A stretch of DNA of 64,000 nucleotides, taken from positions 1-64,000 of the IMG/VR virus record IMGVR_UViG_3300031111_000007; one strand, 5' to 3'. This document shows, in pieces, positions 15,062 through 23,702 of the stretch. Source of the DNA: a virus (taxonomy: Duplodnaviria > Heunggongvirae > Uroviricota > Caudoviricetes). Below the pieces are notes generated by a model, which worked only from the letters and a program-made list of their open reading frames with translations, ran no database searches and had not been told where the DNA came from. The translations under genes were made by a program, and so were the position numbers. Position 1 is the first letter of the stretch. The number at the start of each line of letters is the position of its first letter.

Positions 15062-15484
15062 ATGAACAAGTATAAAACTACATACGGTCTTTGGCAAGTG
15101 ACTACTGAAGGTGATGTGGAAGGTAGGAGTACTACTCAGTTGGGTACTCATAAAGGTTATATCGATGAGATCGCCTTGCATCTGGCAGACAAGCAATACT
15201 ATAGCCTGACCTTCAAACTGGTTGAGCCGATCACAACCTTTGAGCCAACACGATCCAAAGTGAATGTCCAACTGGCTATTGATAGTGGTACATGGGATAG
15301 TAGTAGGGAACAACTGGCAGCAGAAATGAGAGAATTTTTTGCTGATCGTCCTGTTCATATTGAGCCATGTAATTACTATGCTTCTTTTACGATCACAACC
15401 GAAAAGGATATCAGAGCAGAAGATATTCGTAGAGCAAAGGCCAAATTAACCGATTACGAAAAAGAGCTTTTGGGGGTGAAATAA
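15062..15484 (+). CDS. hypothetical protein
   Basis: 140 aa ORF, RBS AAGGAGG 6 nt upstream, stop/start coupled with neighbours. Confidence 0.45.
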   Translation: MNKYKTTYGLWQVTTEGDVEGRSTTQLGTHKGYIDEIALHLADKQYYSLTFKLVEPITTFEPTRSKVNVQLAIDSGTWDSSREQLAAEMREFFADRPVHIEPCNYYASFTITTEKDIRAEDIRRAKAKLTDYEKELLGVK

Positions 15485-15669
15485 TGATGATCGTTATTCC
15501 TACATCGACATGGGAAGTCCGTACTTTCATGAGTAAATATGTTCCACCTGAACTGTATGAGAAGTTCGAACAACTGATGATCGAATGGGATGGTTCACCA
15601 TCTGTCCGATATGCATTCTATGATCTGGATGTCTTGAAAATAAAACTTCAAGAAGTAAAGGAAATGTAG
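15484..15669 (+). CDS. hypothetical small protein
   Basis: 61 aa ORF, ATGATGA coupling. Confidence 0.35.
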   Translation: MMIVIPTSTWEVRTFMSKYVPPELYEKFEQLMIEWDGSPSVRYAFYDLDVLKIKLQEVKEM

Positions 15670-15670
15670 G

Positions 15671-16141
15671 ATGAAAACAAAGGATTTCATGGTTGCTCTG
15701 ATAAGAAGGAATACTACAATCATTGATGAAATGGCATGGAAAAATGATGATCATCGTAGGCTTTATAAATTGAAAATGTTAACTGATAGTATTGACTTTA
15801 AATGTAATTTCAACGAAAATGGTCAATGTAGAGAAAATAGGGTTGATTGGGCTAGTGGTCACCCTGCCTGTTGTTGTAAAGATTGTGCTTGTTCAACAGG
15901 ATACCTTGATATCATGTTTGAAAATGAGATTAATGAATATGCTAAATCTTTCAATGCTAAAACTGGTTTTTGGAGAAAAGGTAAAGGTTGTATACTACCA
16001 AGAAAAAAGAGAAGTTCTACTTGTGTAACCTTTACCTGTGAAGATATAGAGGGTATGTGTGAATTGAGAAATGTCATGGATGAGTGTGAAGGAAAACTAA
16101 TCAGAAACTATGAAAAAGATCATGGAAGGAAATTATTTTAA
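15671..16141 (+). CDS. Cys-rich hypothetical protein
   Basis: 156 aa; CRENRVDWASGHPACCCKDCACSTGY...CVTFTCEDIEGMC; RBS AAGGAAATGTAGG. Confidence 0.4.
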   Translation: MKTKDFMVALIRRNTTIIDEMAWKNDDHRRLYKLKMLTDSIDFKCNFNENGQCRENRVDWASGHPACCCKDCACSTGYLDIMFENEINEYAKSFNAKTGFWRKGKGCILPRKKRSSTCVTFTCEDIEGMCELRNVMDECEGKLIRNYEKDHGRKLF

Positions 16142-16274
16142 TGAGATTTAAGGTTGAATACAAGGACAATCCTGAATACAACGAAATAATCGATTGTTAT
16201 TCATGGCATGATCTGATGAACCTTATCGGATGCTCTGCTACTAAAATCGAAGTAATTGAAGAAGGAGAAGAAGA

Positions 16275-16463
16275 ATGAATTTCAACTGCTGGAAAGAAAA
16301 TGTCAAGCTGGTACGGCAACTGTGTAAGGATGAAGGATTGAAATGTGTTTGTAAAAAACTCCATACTGATTGTGATGGTGATACTCTCTATAGTGTCAAA
16401 ATCAATGGTCAGTGGAGTAATAAAACACAAGACTATTATAATAAAAATCGTGTGAGGAAATAA
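16275..16463 (+). CDS. hypothetical small protein
   Basis: 62 aa; RBS GAAGGAGAAGAAGA. Confidence 0.35.
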   Translation: MNFNCWKENVKLVRQLCKDEGLKCVCKKLHTDCDGDTLYSVKINGQWSNKTQDYYNKNRVRK

Positions 16464-17314
16464 TGGCAAGAAGAAAATTAACAGAAAGTGAGAAGTTCAT
16501 GGCTAAACTGAGAAAAACTCAGAAGCATGAACAAGATTCAGTTGATAGAGATTGGATGGATATACAAAAGAAACGTATTCCTGTACCTGCATACTTTCAT
16601 AATGTGGGTGATGAAGTTGATTATGGTGCATGGCAATATACCGAAATTTTAGATATACTTAATGATGGGAAGATATATAAATGCTATTCCTGTACCATGC
16701 ATAATAATTACGGTAGACCTGTATTTGGTGATAAAGTTCATTTTGAGCCATGGTATCGTCTTGGATTTATTCAAGAGAATTGGCCTGAAAGAATAGAAGA
16801 AGATGATGATATCTTTTTTAACTACTCACAAAGGGATTTATCAGGAATTCTCTCTCTTATGACAAGTAGCTATGGAATTGATCTTGATCCTGATTATCAA
16901 AGAGGTAATGTATGGAATGAAAATCAAAAGGTTGCCCTGATTGATTCTATATTTAAAAATATCGATATCGGTAAATTTACGATCATCAAAAGAAAATGGG
17001 GTAGTAATCCTAATAAACCTAAAACACCATTTATGTATGAAATGCTTGATGGTAAACAAAGAATAACTACTCTGTTTGAATTTTACATGAGTAGATTTAA
17101 ATATAAGGGTATGTTTTTTTACCAGATGAATCCAAGAGATAGGAACCATTTCAAACATTATCCTATTAGTTATGCCGAAACTGAACCATTGACTGATGAA
17201 CAGAAATACAGGTATTTCTTGAAGCTGAATACATGTGGAACACCAGTTGACAAAAATCACTTGCGTAAGGTACGGGAATTATGGTTAAAAGAGCAATTAA
17301 AAAAATCAAAATAA
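16463..17314 (+). CDS. DUF262/ParB-like nuclease-NTPase domain protein (DGQQR-like motif)
   Basis: 283 aa; ...ENQKVALIDSIFKNIDIGKFTI...YEMLDGKQRITTLFEFY resembles DUF262 (GmrS N-domain) DGQQR block. Confidence 0.35.
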   Translation: MARRKLTESEKFMAKLRKTQKHEQDSVDRDWMDIQKKRIPVPAYFHNVGDEVDYGAWQYTEILDILNDGKIYKCYSCTMHNNYGRPVFGDKVHFEPWYRLGFIQENWPERIEEDDDIFFNYSQRDLSGILSLMTSSYGIDLDPDYQRGNVWNENQKVALIDSIFKNIDIGKFTIIKRKWGSNPNKPKTPFMYEMLDGKQRITTLFEFYMSRFKYKGMFFYQMNPRDRNHFKHYPISYAETEPLTDEQKYRYFLKLNTCGTPVDKNHLRKVRELWLKEQLKKSK

Positions 17315-17319
17315 AGTAC

Positions 17320-17348
17320 TTGACAAACCTTGAATATTTCTGTATAGA
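17320..17348 (+). promoter_or_regulatory. sigma70-like promoter TTGACA-N17-TATAGA
   Basis: TTGACA 17320-17325, TATAGA 17343-17348; second TTGACA at 17362. Confidence 0.3.
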
Positions 17349-17410
17349 TATAGGTGCAACATTGACAAGGTTAGGTAATTGGGCTAAACGTAAACGATGG
17401 GATATAGAAG

Positions 17411-17617
17411 ATGATGATTGATATCAATAAAATTGAATGTGGTGATGTGTTAACTCATGCATTGGGATTTAAGGTATCTGTTATCCAAGTTACTGAATCC
17501 CATGCTGGTAAGAAAAAAACACAAATGGTAAAATGCAGATTTCTTGATGGAGATAATATGTTGCGTGTGTTTGAATTTTTTCCAAAAGAATTAAGAAAGG
17601 TGCGAAATGGAATTTGA
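17411..17617 (+). CDS. hypothetical small protein
   Basis: 68 aa ORF. Confidence 0.35.
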   Translation: MMIDINKIECGDVLTHALGFKVSVIQVTESHAGKKKTQMVKCRFLDGDNMLRVFEFFPKELRKVRNGI

Positions 17618-17894
17618 ATTTAAACCATATGAAAAAATGATCCGTAGTATTGTTGTTGCTGAATTAACTCAAAATGGATGGGTTGACTTGATTCGTATGC
17701 CTCTTGATAATCCAGAAAAAGGTACACCTGAGTTAGTTCAAATGACTATAGAAAAAGTTAGAGATTTCATATTTGATAATGAAAAAATGCATCTGGATAT
17801 TCAAGGTGAATCTTTATGTGTTAGTGGAATAGATAAAGGCAAAACTCTCAAAGTTTATGCATCATCTACAGAATATAGTACAATAAGGAGATAA
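17607..17894 (+). CDS. hypothetical protein
   Basis: 95 aa ORF overlapping neighbours by a few nt. Confidence 0.4.
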   Translation: MEFEFKPYEKMIRSIVVAELTQNGWVDLIRMPLDNPEKGTPELVQMTIEKVRDFIFDNEKMHLDIQGESLCVSGIDKGKTLKVYASSTEYSTIRR

Positions 17895-17897
17895 AAA

Positions 17898-18896
17898 ATG
17901 GCTAGAGTTGTAGCATACATAGGAAAGATTATTACCATTGACCCAATTAAAGGTGCTGATTTTATCGAATCTGCTACTGTGGTTTGTGGTGCTGGTGGAA
18001 AATGGATGGGAACCATACCCAAAGGTCAGTTTGAGGTAGGTGAACTGGTAGAAGTATATCTCCAAGATGCCATTGTACCTAAGACTGAGGAATTCGCATT
18101 CATGGAGAAGTACAAGTATCGGGTATCTATGAAACGGTTTAAGAAAGTACCGTCTGAATGCCTGATATGGAAATTGAAATGGAAACCTACTGATGAACGT
18201 GAAGCAGGAAAACCTTGTCCGGGTGATCCTATGCCTTGGATTGAGAAGTATGAAAAACCTGTACCTGCTCAACTTGCTGGTCAAGTATATGGTGGATTTC
18301 CTACTCATATCGTACCTAAGACTGATGAGCCGAACTTTCAAGCTGTGCCTGATATGATTGCTTACATGGCAGGAAGAAAGTTCTACTCTACTGAAAAGGC
18401 AGATGGTTCTTCTGGTACTGCCTACATGAAAGCAAATGAGCATTTTGGTGTCTGTTCTCGTAATCTTGAACTGAAAGATGATGGTAGAAATGCTTTCTGG
18501 AATATGGTCAAGAAGTATGAAATCGATATCAAATTGCCGAATGACTATGCTGTTCAATTCGAACTGGTAGGTCCGGGTATTCAAGGCAATCCGCTTAAAT
18601 TACCTGAATTGGATATCAGGGTATTCAATGTATGGTCTATCAGGGATCGTGTTTACCTTAATATAGAAGAAGCAATGGAACTGGCTTGTGGTGATATGGA
18701 TTTGCCGTGGGCTGATATAATTGATTACGATAAAGACTTTCTCTTTGGTTCTGATGAAGAACTGAGAAAGTACGCTGAAGGAAAATACCCTAATGGTGGT
18801 CAACGTGAGGGTGTAGTATTTAGACCAATGAAAGAAGTAATTCTCAATGGTGAGAGGGTTTCTTTCAAAGTTATCAATCTTAAATATAAGGATTAG
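17898..18896 (+). CDS. ATP-dependent RNA ligase (Rnl family) with N-terminal extension
   Basis: 332 aa; nucleotidyltransferase motif I TEKADGSSG (KxDG), motif IV-like REGVVFRP, motif V-like SFKVINLKYK; RBS AAGGAGATAAAAA. Confidence 0.6.
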   Translation: MARVVAYIGKIITIDPIKGADFIESATVVCGAGGKWMGTIPKGQFEVGELVEVYLQDAIVPKTEEFAFMEKYKYRVSMKRFKKVPSECLIWKLKWKPTDEREAGKPCPGDPMPWIEKYEKPVPAQLAGQVYGGFPTHIVPKTDEPNFQAVPDMIAYMAGRKFYSTEKADGSSGTAYMKANEHFGVCSRNLELKDDGRNAFWNMVKKYEIDIKLPNDYAVQFELVGPGIQGNPLKLPELDIRVFNVWSIRDRVYLNIEEAMELACGDMDLPWADIIDYDKDFLFGSDEELRKYAEGKYPNGGQREGVVFRPMKEVILNGERVSFKVINLKYKD

Positions 18897-18900
18897 AAAA

Positions 18901-19071
18901 ATGAGTAAACGTGGATATGTATTAATTGTATTGGATGAAGATAATAATCAGATTTTTGATCATAGTTTTGATTATGAAAATGGTAAGATTAAATTTTTAC
19001 CATCATCTAACAAAATAGCAAAGATTATTAAGGAACATGCAACTAGGGAAAGTGAGTTTGATCCGAAATGA
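18901..19071 (+). CDS. hypothetical small protein
   Basis: ATG at 18901 just after ligase stop (track start 18847 lies inside ligase gene). Confidence 0.3.
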   Translation: MSKRGYVLIVLDEDNNQIFDHSFDYENGKIKFLPSSNKIAKIIKEHATRESEFDPK

Positions 19072-19265
19072 TACTTACACTTGATAAAATCATTGAAAAA
19101 TTAAAAATCATTGAAAAGAAATTCAATACTACCAATAATCCTACTGAGAAATATGCATTGATACAGGCATTGAATCATATTGCTGAAAATGAATTACCTG
19201 TTCATGGATATTGGGAAGATACTTGGAGAGAAGTAATGCTAAAAGAGCATGGAGCAAACACATGA
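19068..19265 (+). CDS. hypothetical small protein
   Basis: 65 aa ORF, ATGA-coupled on both sides. Confidence 0.35.
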   Translation: MILTLDKIIEKLKIIEKKFNTTNNPTEKYALIQALNHIAENELPVHGYWEDTWREVMLKEHGANT

Positions 19266-20245
19266 TTTGTAAACGTGGTAGACATAATATCCCTTTAGAT
19301 GATCTTGGTATCAAAGAAGATCAAATCATAATTTTATCTATTGCTGGATCAAATATGTATGGTCTTGCAACATCTGATTCTGATATTGATTATCTTGGTA
19401 TATACCTGCCTACCAAAGAAGATGTTTTGATGAGTAGAGTTAATCACCATGTAAAGCTACCTAAAGAAAGTGGTATTGATTTACAGATGTGGTCTATCTA
19501 TAAATTCCTGAAACTGGCATTACAGGGTGAGACTATGGCTATCGATCTGCTTCATGCTCCTTATCCTTGTTGGGTATATTACAATCCTGATCTATGGTAT
19601 TTATTCAGAAGAAGTAAAAATATGTTTTATACCAAACAAATGAAATCGTTTGTTTCCTATGCCCGTAAACAAGCAGCAAAATATGGTGTTAAAGGAAACA
19701 GAATTGAATCTCTAACCGAAGTTGTAAATTTTCTGCGTGGATGTGATAGATCAAGACGATTATCTGAAGTATGGAAATCACTACCTTCACCTGATCATGT
19801 ACATTTCTTACCGGCTGAAACACCATGGAACGTAAGGATGTATCAGGTATGTGGTAAGAAATATCAGGAAACCGTTACTGTAAAATATGCACTTGATGGA
19901 TTGGAAAAAGAGTTGACTTCTTATGGTGATCGTGCTATGAAGGCAGCTAACAATGAGGGTATCGATTGGAAAGCATTCTCTCATGCTATTAGAGCAGCAA
20001 ATCAAGTGTATGATATTTTGACTGAAGGTGAGTACAAATATCCTTTAAGAAATGCCAAGTTCATTCGTATGGTAAAACTTGGTCAGATTGATTATGAAAT
20101 GGCTGAAGCTGTTCTTACTGATTTCATGGATGAAATTGAGAAGTTAATGGAAACATCGACATTACCTGAAACAAGTTCATTGGCTGCTTCTTATTGGGAA
20201 ACAACAATCTATGATTACATGGAAGGGATGGTCTGTGATGGCTAA
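19262..20245 (+). CDS. Pol-beta-superfamily nucleotidyltransferase
   Basis: 327 aa from ATG 19262 (ATGA coupling); minimal NTase motif LSIAGSNMYGLATSDSDIDYLGIY (hG[GS]...D.D). Confidence 0.5.
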   Translation: MICKRGRHNIPLDDLGIKEDQIIILSIAGSNMYGLATSDSDIDYLGIYLPTKEDVLMSRVNHHVKLPKESGIDLQMWSIYKFLKLALQGETMAIDLLHAPYPCWVYYNPDLWYLFRRSKNMFYTKQMKSFVSYARKQAAKYGVKGNRIESLTEVVNFLRGCDRSRRLSEVWKSLPSPDHVHFLPAETPWNVRMYQVCGKKYQETVTVKYALDGLEKELTSYGDRAMKAANNEGIDWKAFSHAIRAANQVYDILTEGEYKYPLRNAKFIRMVKLGQIDYEMAEAVLTDFMDEIEKLMETSTLPETSSLAASYWETTIYDYMEGMVCDG

Positions 20246-20945
20246 AGATAATATAGCACCACCTAAGAAACCTGTAACTCAACCTATGTCAAGTGGATTT
20301 AAGAGTTTTCTTATTGTTATGATTACCATATATGCTATTCTTGGTATTGGTGGTATTTATGTTCATTATAAATGGGATATCATAAAAGAAAAATATCTCA
20401 CTGAAACTGTTGAAGTAGAAAAACCTGTTGAAGTTGTCAAATGGGTAGAGCATATCAAAATGCCTACTCATTTGATGATCGAAAATCTCAAACCAAGTCT
20501 TGATCCTGCTGTTGCTGAGAAGATTGGTTTGGCTGTTGAGAAGTACAGTAAGGAATATCAGCTACCAAAGAAATTGATCCTGAGTATTATATTCCATGAA
20601 TCATCATTCGATATATTTGCCAAATCGAAAGCTGGTGCTGTTGGTTTGATGCAAGTGCTTCCTAAATTCCATCAAGACAAAATTGATGCTATTGGGGTAA
20701 AAGATAATCGTAAGCTGTATCATATTGACAATAACATTAACCTTGGATGTAAAATATGGAAAGTATATTATGATGCATCCAAAAAAGATATTGATGAGAC
20801 TTTTCATAGCTATCTATCTAAGAATGCTACTCAAGAGCAAAAGAACAAATATAAGAATAAGATTTTAGAAACATGGGCAAGGTTGGAGTTCTTGGAATTT
20901 CAGTATACAAATGGATATGGTAAACAACATAAAGAAAGGCATTAA
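20238..20945 (+). CDS. membrane-anchored lytic transglycosylase (SLT domain)
   Basis: TM FLIVMITIYAILGIGGIYV then SLT motif IFHESSFDIFAKSKAGAVGLMQV; start may be 20211 or 20238. Confidence 0.7.
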   Translation: MAKDNIAPPKKPVTQPMSSGFKSFLIVMITIYAILGIGGIYVHYKWDIIKEKYLTETVEVEKPVEVVKWVEHIKMPTHLMIENLKPSLDPAVAEKIGLAVEKYSKEYQLPKKLILSIIFHESSFDIFAKSKAGAVGLMQVLPKFHQDKIDAIGVKDNRKLYHIDNNINLGCKIWKVYYDASKKDIDETFHSYLSKNATQEQKNKYKNKILETWARLEFLEFQYTNGYGKQHKERH

Positions 20946-20946
20946 A

Positions 20947-21132
20947 ATGAACCGAAAAGGATTTACATTGATTGAATTGGTGATATGTATTATGATTCTC
21001 ATTATTTTGGGATTTATGGGAATTACAGCATTTTTTGGAATGTCTGCTTTGAAGAATGCCAGTGATAATAGTAATACTGTCATTATTCAACAACAAGATG
21101 AAAGTAAATTCGATCAGGAAAATAGGTATTAA
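20947..21132 (+). CDS. type IV prepilin-like peptide
   Basis: MNRKG|FTLIELVICIMILIILGF: class III signal-peptide/N-methylation motif (G-F-T-L-I-E); 61 aa. Confidence 0.5.
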   Translation: MNRKGFTLIELVICIMILIILGFMGITAFFGMSALKNASDNSNTVIIQQQDESKFDQENRY

Positions 21133-21133
21133 A

Positions 21134-21340
21134 ATGATGGATTACTCACTACAACAAGCAATCAAACAAAGGAATGATTTCTTAGAACAACATCCTCATT
21201 TAAAAGAAAAACAGGAAGAAATCGATTCTGTACTTGACAAATGCCGTGAGTGTGATAGATTGGCTGTTGTAAATATGCTGATGATGAAAAGTATGATTGA
21301 ATTACAAAAATACACCATAAAATTGAAGGAGATGGTATGA
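21134..21340 (+). CDS. hypothetical small protein
   Basis: ATG 21134 (MMDYSLQQAIKQ...); helical. Confidence 0.35.
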   Translation: MMDYSLQQAIKQRNDFLEQHPHLKEKQEEIDSVLDKCRECDRLAVVNMLMMKSMIELQKYTIKLKEMV

Positions 21341-21519
21341 ACCGATTTGTCAGATGTAAAAGCGTATCATATGATCAAGACACTGATTGTTGGTGGGCAT
21401 GGTTCAGCTATGAGGATGATGAAGAACCAGAAATCGAATTTCGGATGCCTGTTAATCCCGGTGATTTTGAAGTGGATGAACTGTATAAGATTAAATTTAT
21501 TCAAGTGGATGAGATATGA
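21337..21519 (+). CDS. hypothetical small acidic protein
   Basis: 60 aa, ATGA coupling. Confidence 0.35.
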   Translation: MNRFVRCKSVSYDQDTDCWWAWFSYEDDEEPEIEFRMPVNPGDFEVDELYKIKFIQVDEI

Positions 21520-21770
21520 GCATAATAATACCGTTATTTAAAAAATCAGTATTGAAAGAAATACTTGAGAAATACACAAAGTTAATTAAAAATGAAGCAT
21601 TTGTAGAATTTAAAAATCTTGAAACTGAAATAATTAAATTGTTTGATAGAGAATGCCAGAAATGCCGATACTTTGAAGAAAAAATAGAACATCCACATGA
21701 AAGGTTTTGTTTACATAAAAAATCGGAACATCATATATGTGAAATTTGGTTGTGTCCATTGCGAAAATGA
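21516..21770 (+). CDS. zinc-finger-like small protein
   Basis: 84 aa; CQKCRYF...H.H.RFCLH...HHICEIWLC. Confidence 0.35.
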   Translation: MSIIIPLFKKSVLKEILEKYTKLIKNEAFVEFKNLETEIIKLFDRECQKCRYFEEKIEHPHERFCLHKKSEHHICEIWLCPLRK

Positions 21771-22021
21771 TTATCCAGCATAGACAAAAGGTAAAAGTCG
21801 CTCTATCAGTGTTCTATCTGTTGAGGGTAAGAAACAAACTTTTTAGGATGATGCATCGATTAAATCATGCTATAAAGGATAGAGAAGGCAGGGTACATCG
21901 GCCAATGTCCAAGTAATCTATTGAATTCACAGCACATTAAGATTAAAAAATCTGTTGTCTTTTCAGGAATAGATTACAACTGCCAATTCAAGGTTCGAAT
22001 CCTTGGTGCTGGACCTAATTA

Positions 22022-22057
22022 TGACAAAAATTGTCCAATGTTGTCAAAAATTGTCAC
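22022..22057. promoter_or_regulatory. two palindromic operator-like sites TGACAAAAATTGTC(C/A)
   Basis: TGACAAAAATTGTCCA 22022-22037 and TTGTCAAAAATTGTCACA 22040-22057; reverse-complement-identical to sites at 13810-13846. Confidence 0.45.
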
Positions 22058-22127
22058 ATATTTTGTCTATTCAGAAACAGACATTTTAATAACTCCCTAT
22101 AATCATTCATAAAAAAATTCTTTACTT

Positions 22128-22155
22128 TTGGCATACGGTATGCAATATATATAGG
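22128..22155 (+). promoter_or_regulatory. sigma70-like promoter TTGGCA-N16-TATATA
   Basis: TTTGGCATACGGTATGCAATATATATAGG upstream of ATG 22188; same layout as 13930-13957. Confidence 0.4.
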
Positions 22156-22187
22156 CAACCGTCAACGATATAGGGAAAGGAAACAAA

Positions 22188-23468
22188 ATGACTCAAGCAA
22201 TCGAAATCATCCCGGCCTACAACGTAGCTTCCCTTAAAAAAAGCATTGACCGTCTGAACCGCAAAGCTGCCAAATTGGGTACTTCTGGTTTGGTTCTGAC
22301 CGTTGAAGATACTGAACCTTACCGCACTATGCGTCACCCGATTACCGGCAATCCTTTAATGCAGGAACTGGTGATCGAACAGAAAAAGGTCACTTTGGAT
22401 TACGAAATTCCTACCTTGGATGGTTGGGAACTGGTTGCTCAACTGGATGTGTACGAAAATACCGTTCTGGTTTCTGCTGTTCCCGGCATGGAAGTTCCCG
22501 AAGAATATAAAAATCTGACCGAAATTTCTTGTGACCATTGTGGTCATAATCGGTATCGCACTCACTCCATCATCATTCACCATGAATCCGGTGAGTACAA
22601 ACAGGTTGGAAGTACTTGTGTCAAGGATTTCTTTGCTGGCAACGATCCCAAAGCCTTCATGTTCAAAGCATCGATCATGTTTGACCGTCTGATTCAGAAC
22701 CTGAGAGATGAGTTTCCGACCAGCTATGGAACCTCTTTTGTTGGTTTCTCTCTCAAAACCATCTTGACTTGGACTTCTGCTGCTGTTCGTAAGTTTGGTT
22801 GGTTGAGCCGTGGAAAAGCCTATCAGATGGGTGGTGGCAAAGCTACTGCTGACCGTGTTCTTGACAATCTTTACGATTCTCCTTTCATGGATGCTGATGA
22901 TAGACTTAAAGTAGATGAGGATGATGAGAAACGTGCTGATGCCGCTATCGAATGGTGGAATACTACCGAAAATACCAATAATGACTACATGATGAATTGT
23001 ATTAAGATTCTTTCCATGGGTTGGGTGCCTGACAAATATATCGGTTTCGCTTGTTCCATGCTGACTACTGCTGAACGTGAAATTAACAAGGCAGAAGAAA
23101 AGGTGCGTAGGCAGTCTGAGCAGGGTGAATCCAATTGGGTTGGTGAAATCAACCAGCGTCTGAAGGGTATCAAAGTGAAGGTGCTGTTCACCAAGGAAAT
23201 CGATTCTGATTGGGGTTGCTCCACTCTGTACACTTTCATTGATGAAGATGGAAACGTCTTTAAAACCTTCTACTCTGGTTCTTCTTGGGGTGCTGAGAAG
23301 GGTAATATCATCTACATTGATGGAACTGTGAAACGTCATTGCGAATACAAGGGTGAGAAGCAGACCATGTTGAACCGTGTCAATGCTAAGACTCCTGATG
23401 TCAATGATATGGACTTCAACTTCAAAACCAATGAACTGATTGAAGCTGATGAATTCAAGGTAGCATAA
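22188..23468 (+). CDS. hypothetical protein with Cys/His cluster, GC-rich codon usage
   Basis: 426 aa; CDHCGHNRYRTH...GSTCVKDFF; composition markedly GC-richer than flanks; followed by GC hairpin terminator. Confidence 0.5.
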   Translation: MTQAIEIIPAYNVASLKKSIDRLNRKAAKLGTSGLVLTVEDTEPYRTMRHPITGNPLMQELVIEQKKVTLDYEIPTLDGWELVAQLDVYENTVLVSAVPGMEVPEEYKNLTEISCDHCGHNRYRTHSIIIHHESGEYKQVGSTCVKDFFAGNDPKAFMFKASIMFDRLIQNLRDEFPTSYGTSFVGFSLKTILTWTSAAVRKFGWLSRGKAYQMGGGKATADRVLDNLYDSPFMDADDRLKVDEDDEKRADAAIEWWNTTENTNNDYMMNCIKILSMGWVPDKYIGFACSMLTTAEREINKAEEKVRRQSEQGESNWVGEINQRLKGIKVKVLFTKEIDSDWGCSTLYTFIDEDGNVFKTFYSGSSWGAEKGNIIYIDGTVKRHCEYKGEKQTMLNRVNAKTPDVNDMDFNFKTNELIEADEFKVA

Positions 23469-23481
23469 ATAAAAAAATCAA

Positions 23482-23498
23482 GGGGGTGAAATTCCCCC
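23482..23498 (+). terminator. rho-independent-like hairpin GGGGGTGAAATTCCCCC
   Basis: Perfect 6-bp GC stem directly after stop of 22188..23468. Confidence 0.5.
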
Positions 23499-23527
23499 TT
23501 GACAATGGCGAAATAAAATAGTATAAA
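23499..23527 (+). promoter_or_regulatory. sigma70-like promoter TTGACA-N17-TATAAA
   Basis: TTGACA 23499-23504, 17-nt spacer, TATAAA 23522-23527. Confidence 0.5.
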
Positions 23528-23567
23528 GGAAAATATATTTAACTTTAACAGCATAGGAGAGCTACAA

Positions 23568-23702
23568 TGGAAACTAACTTTGACTTTAACCTGTTTCATC
23601 TGATGGTTCTTGGATTGGCAGCTTTCTTTTACGCTACTTTCCCGGTTGAGCGATACACCAAATGGGTAGAAAGGACTTTTGGAAAATGGCTAAATTCATA
23701 AC
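23568..23702 (+). CDS. possible small membrane protein (44 aa; conflicts with overlapping 23662..23982 frame)
   Basis: RBS CATAGGAGAGCTACA-ATG like gene 24628; METNFDFNLFHLMVLGLAAFFYATFPV... Confidence 0.25.
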
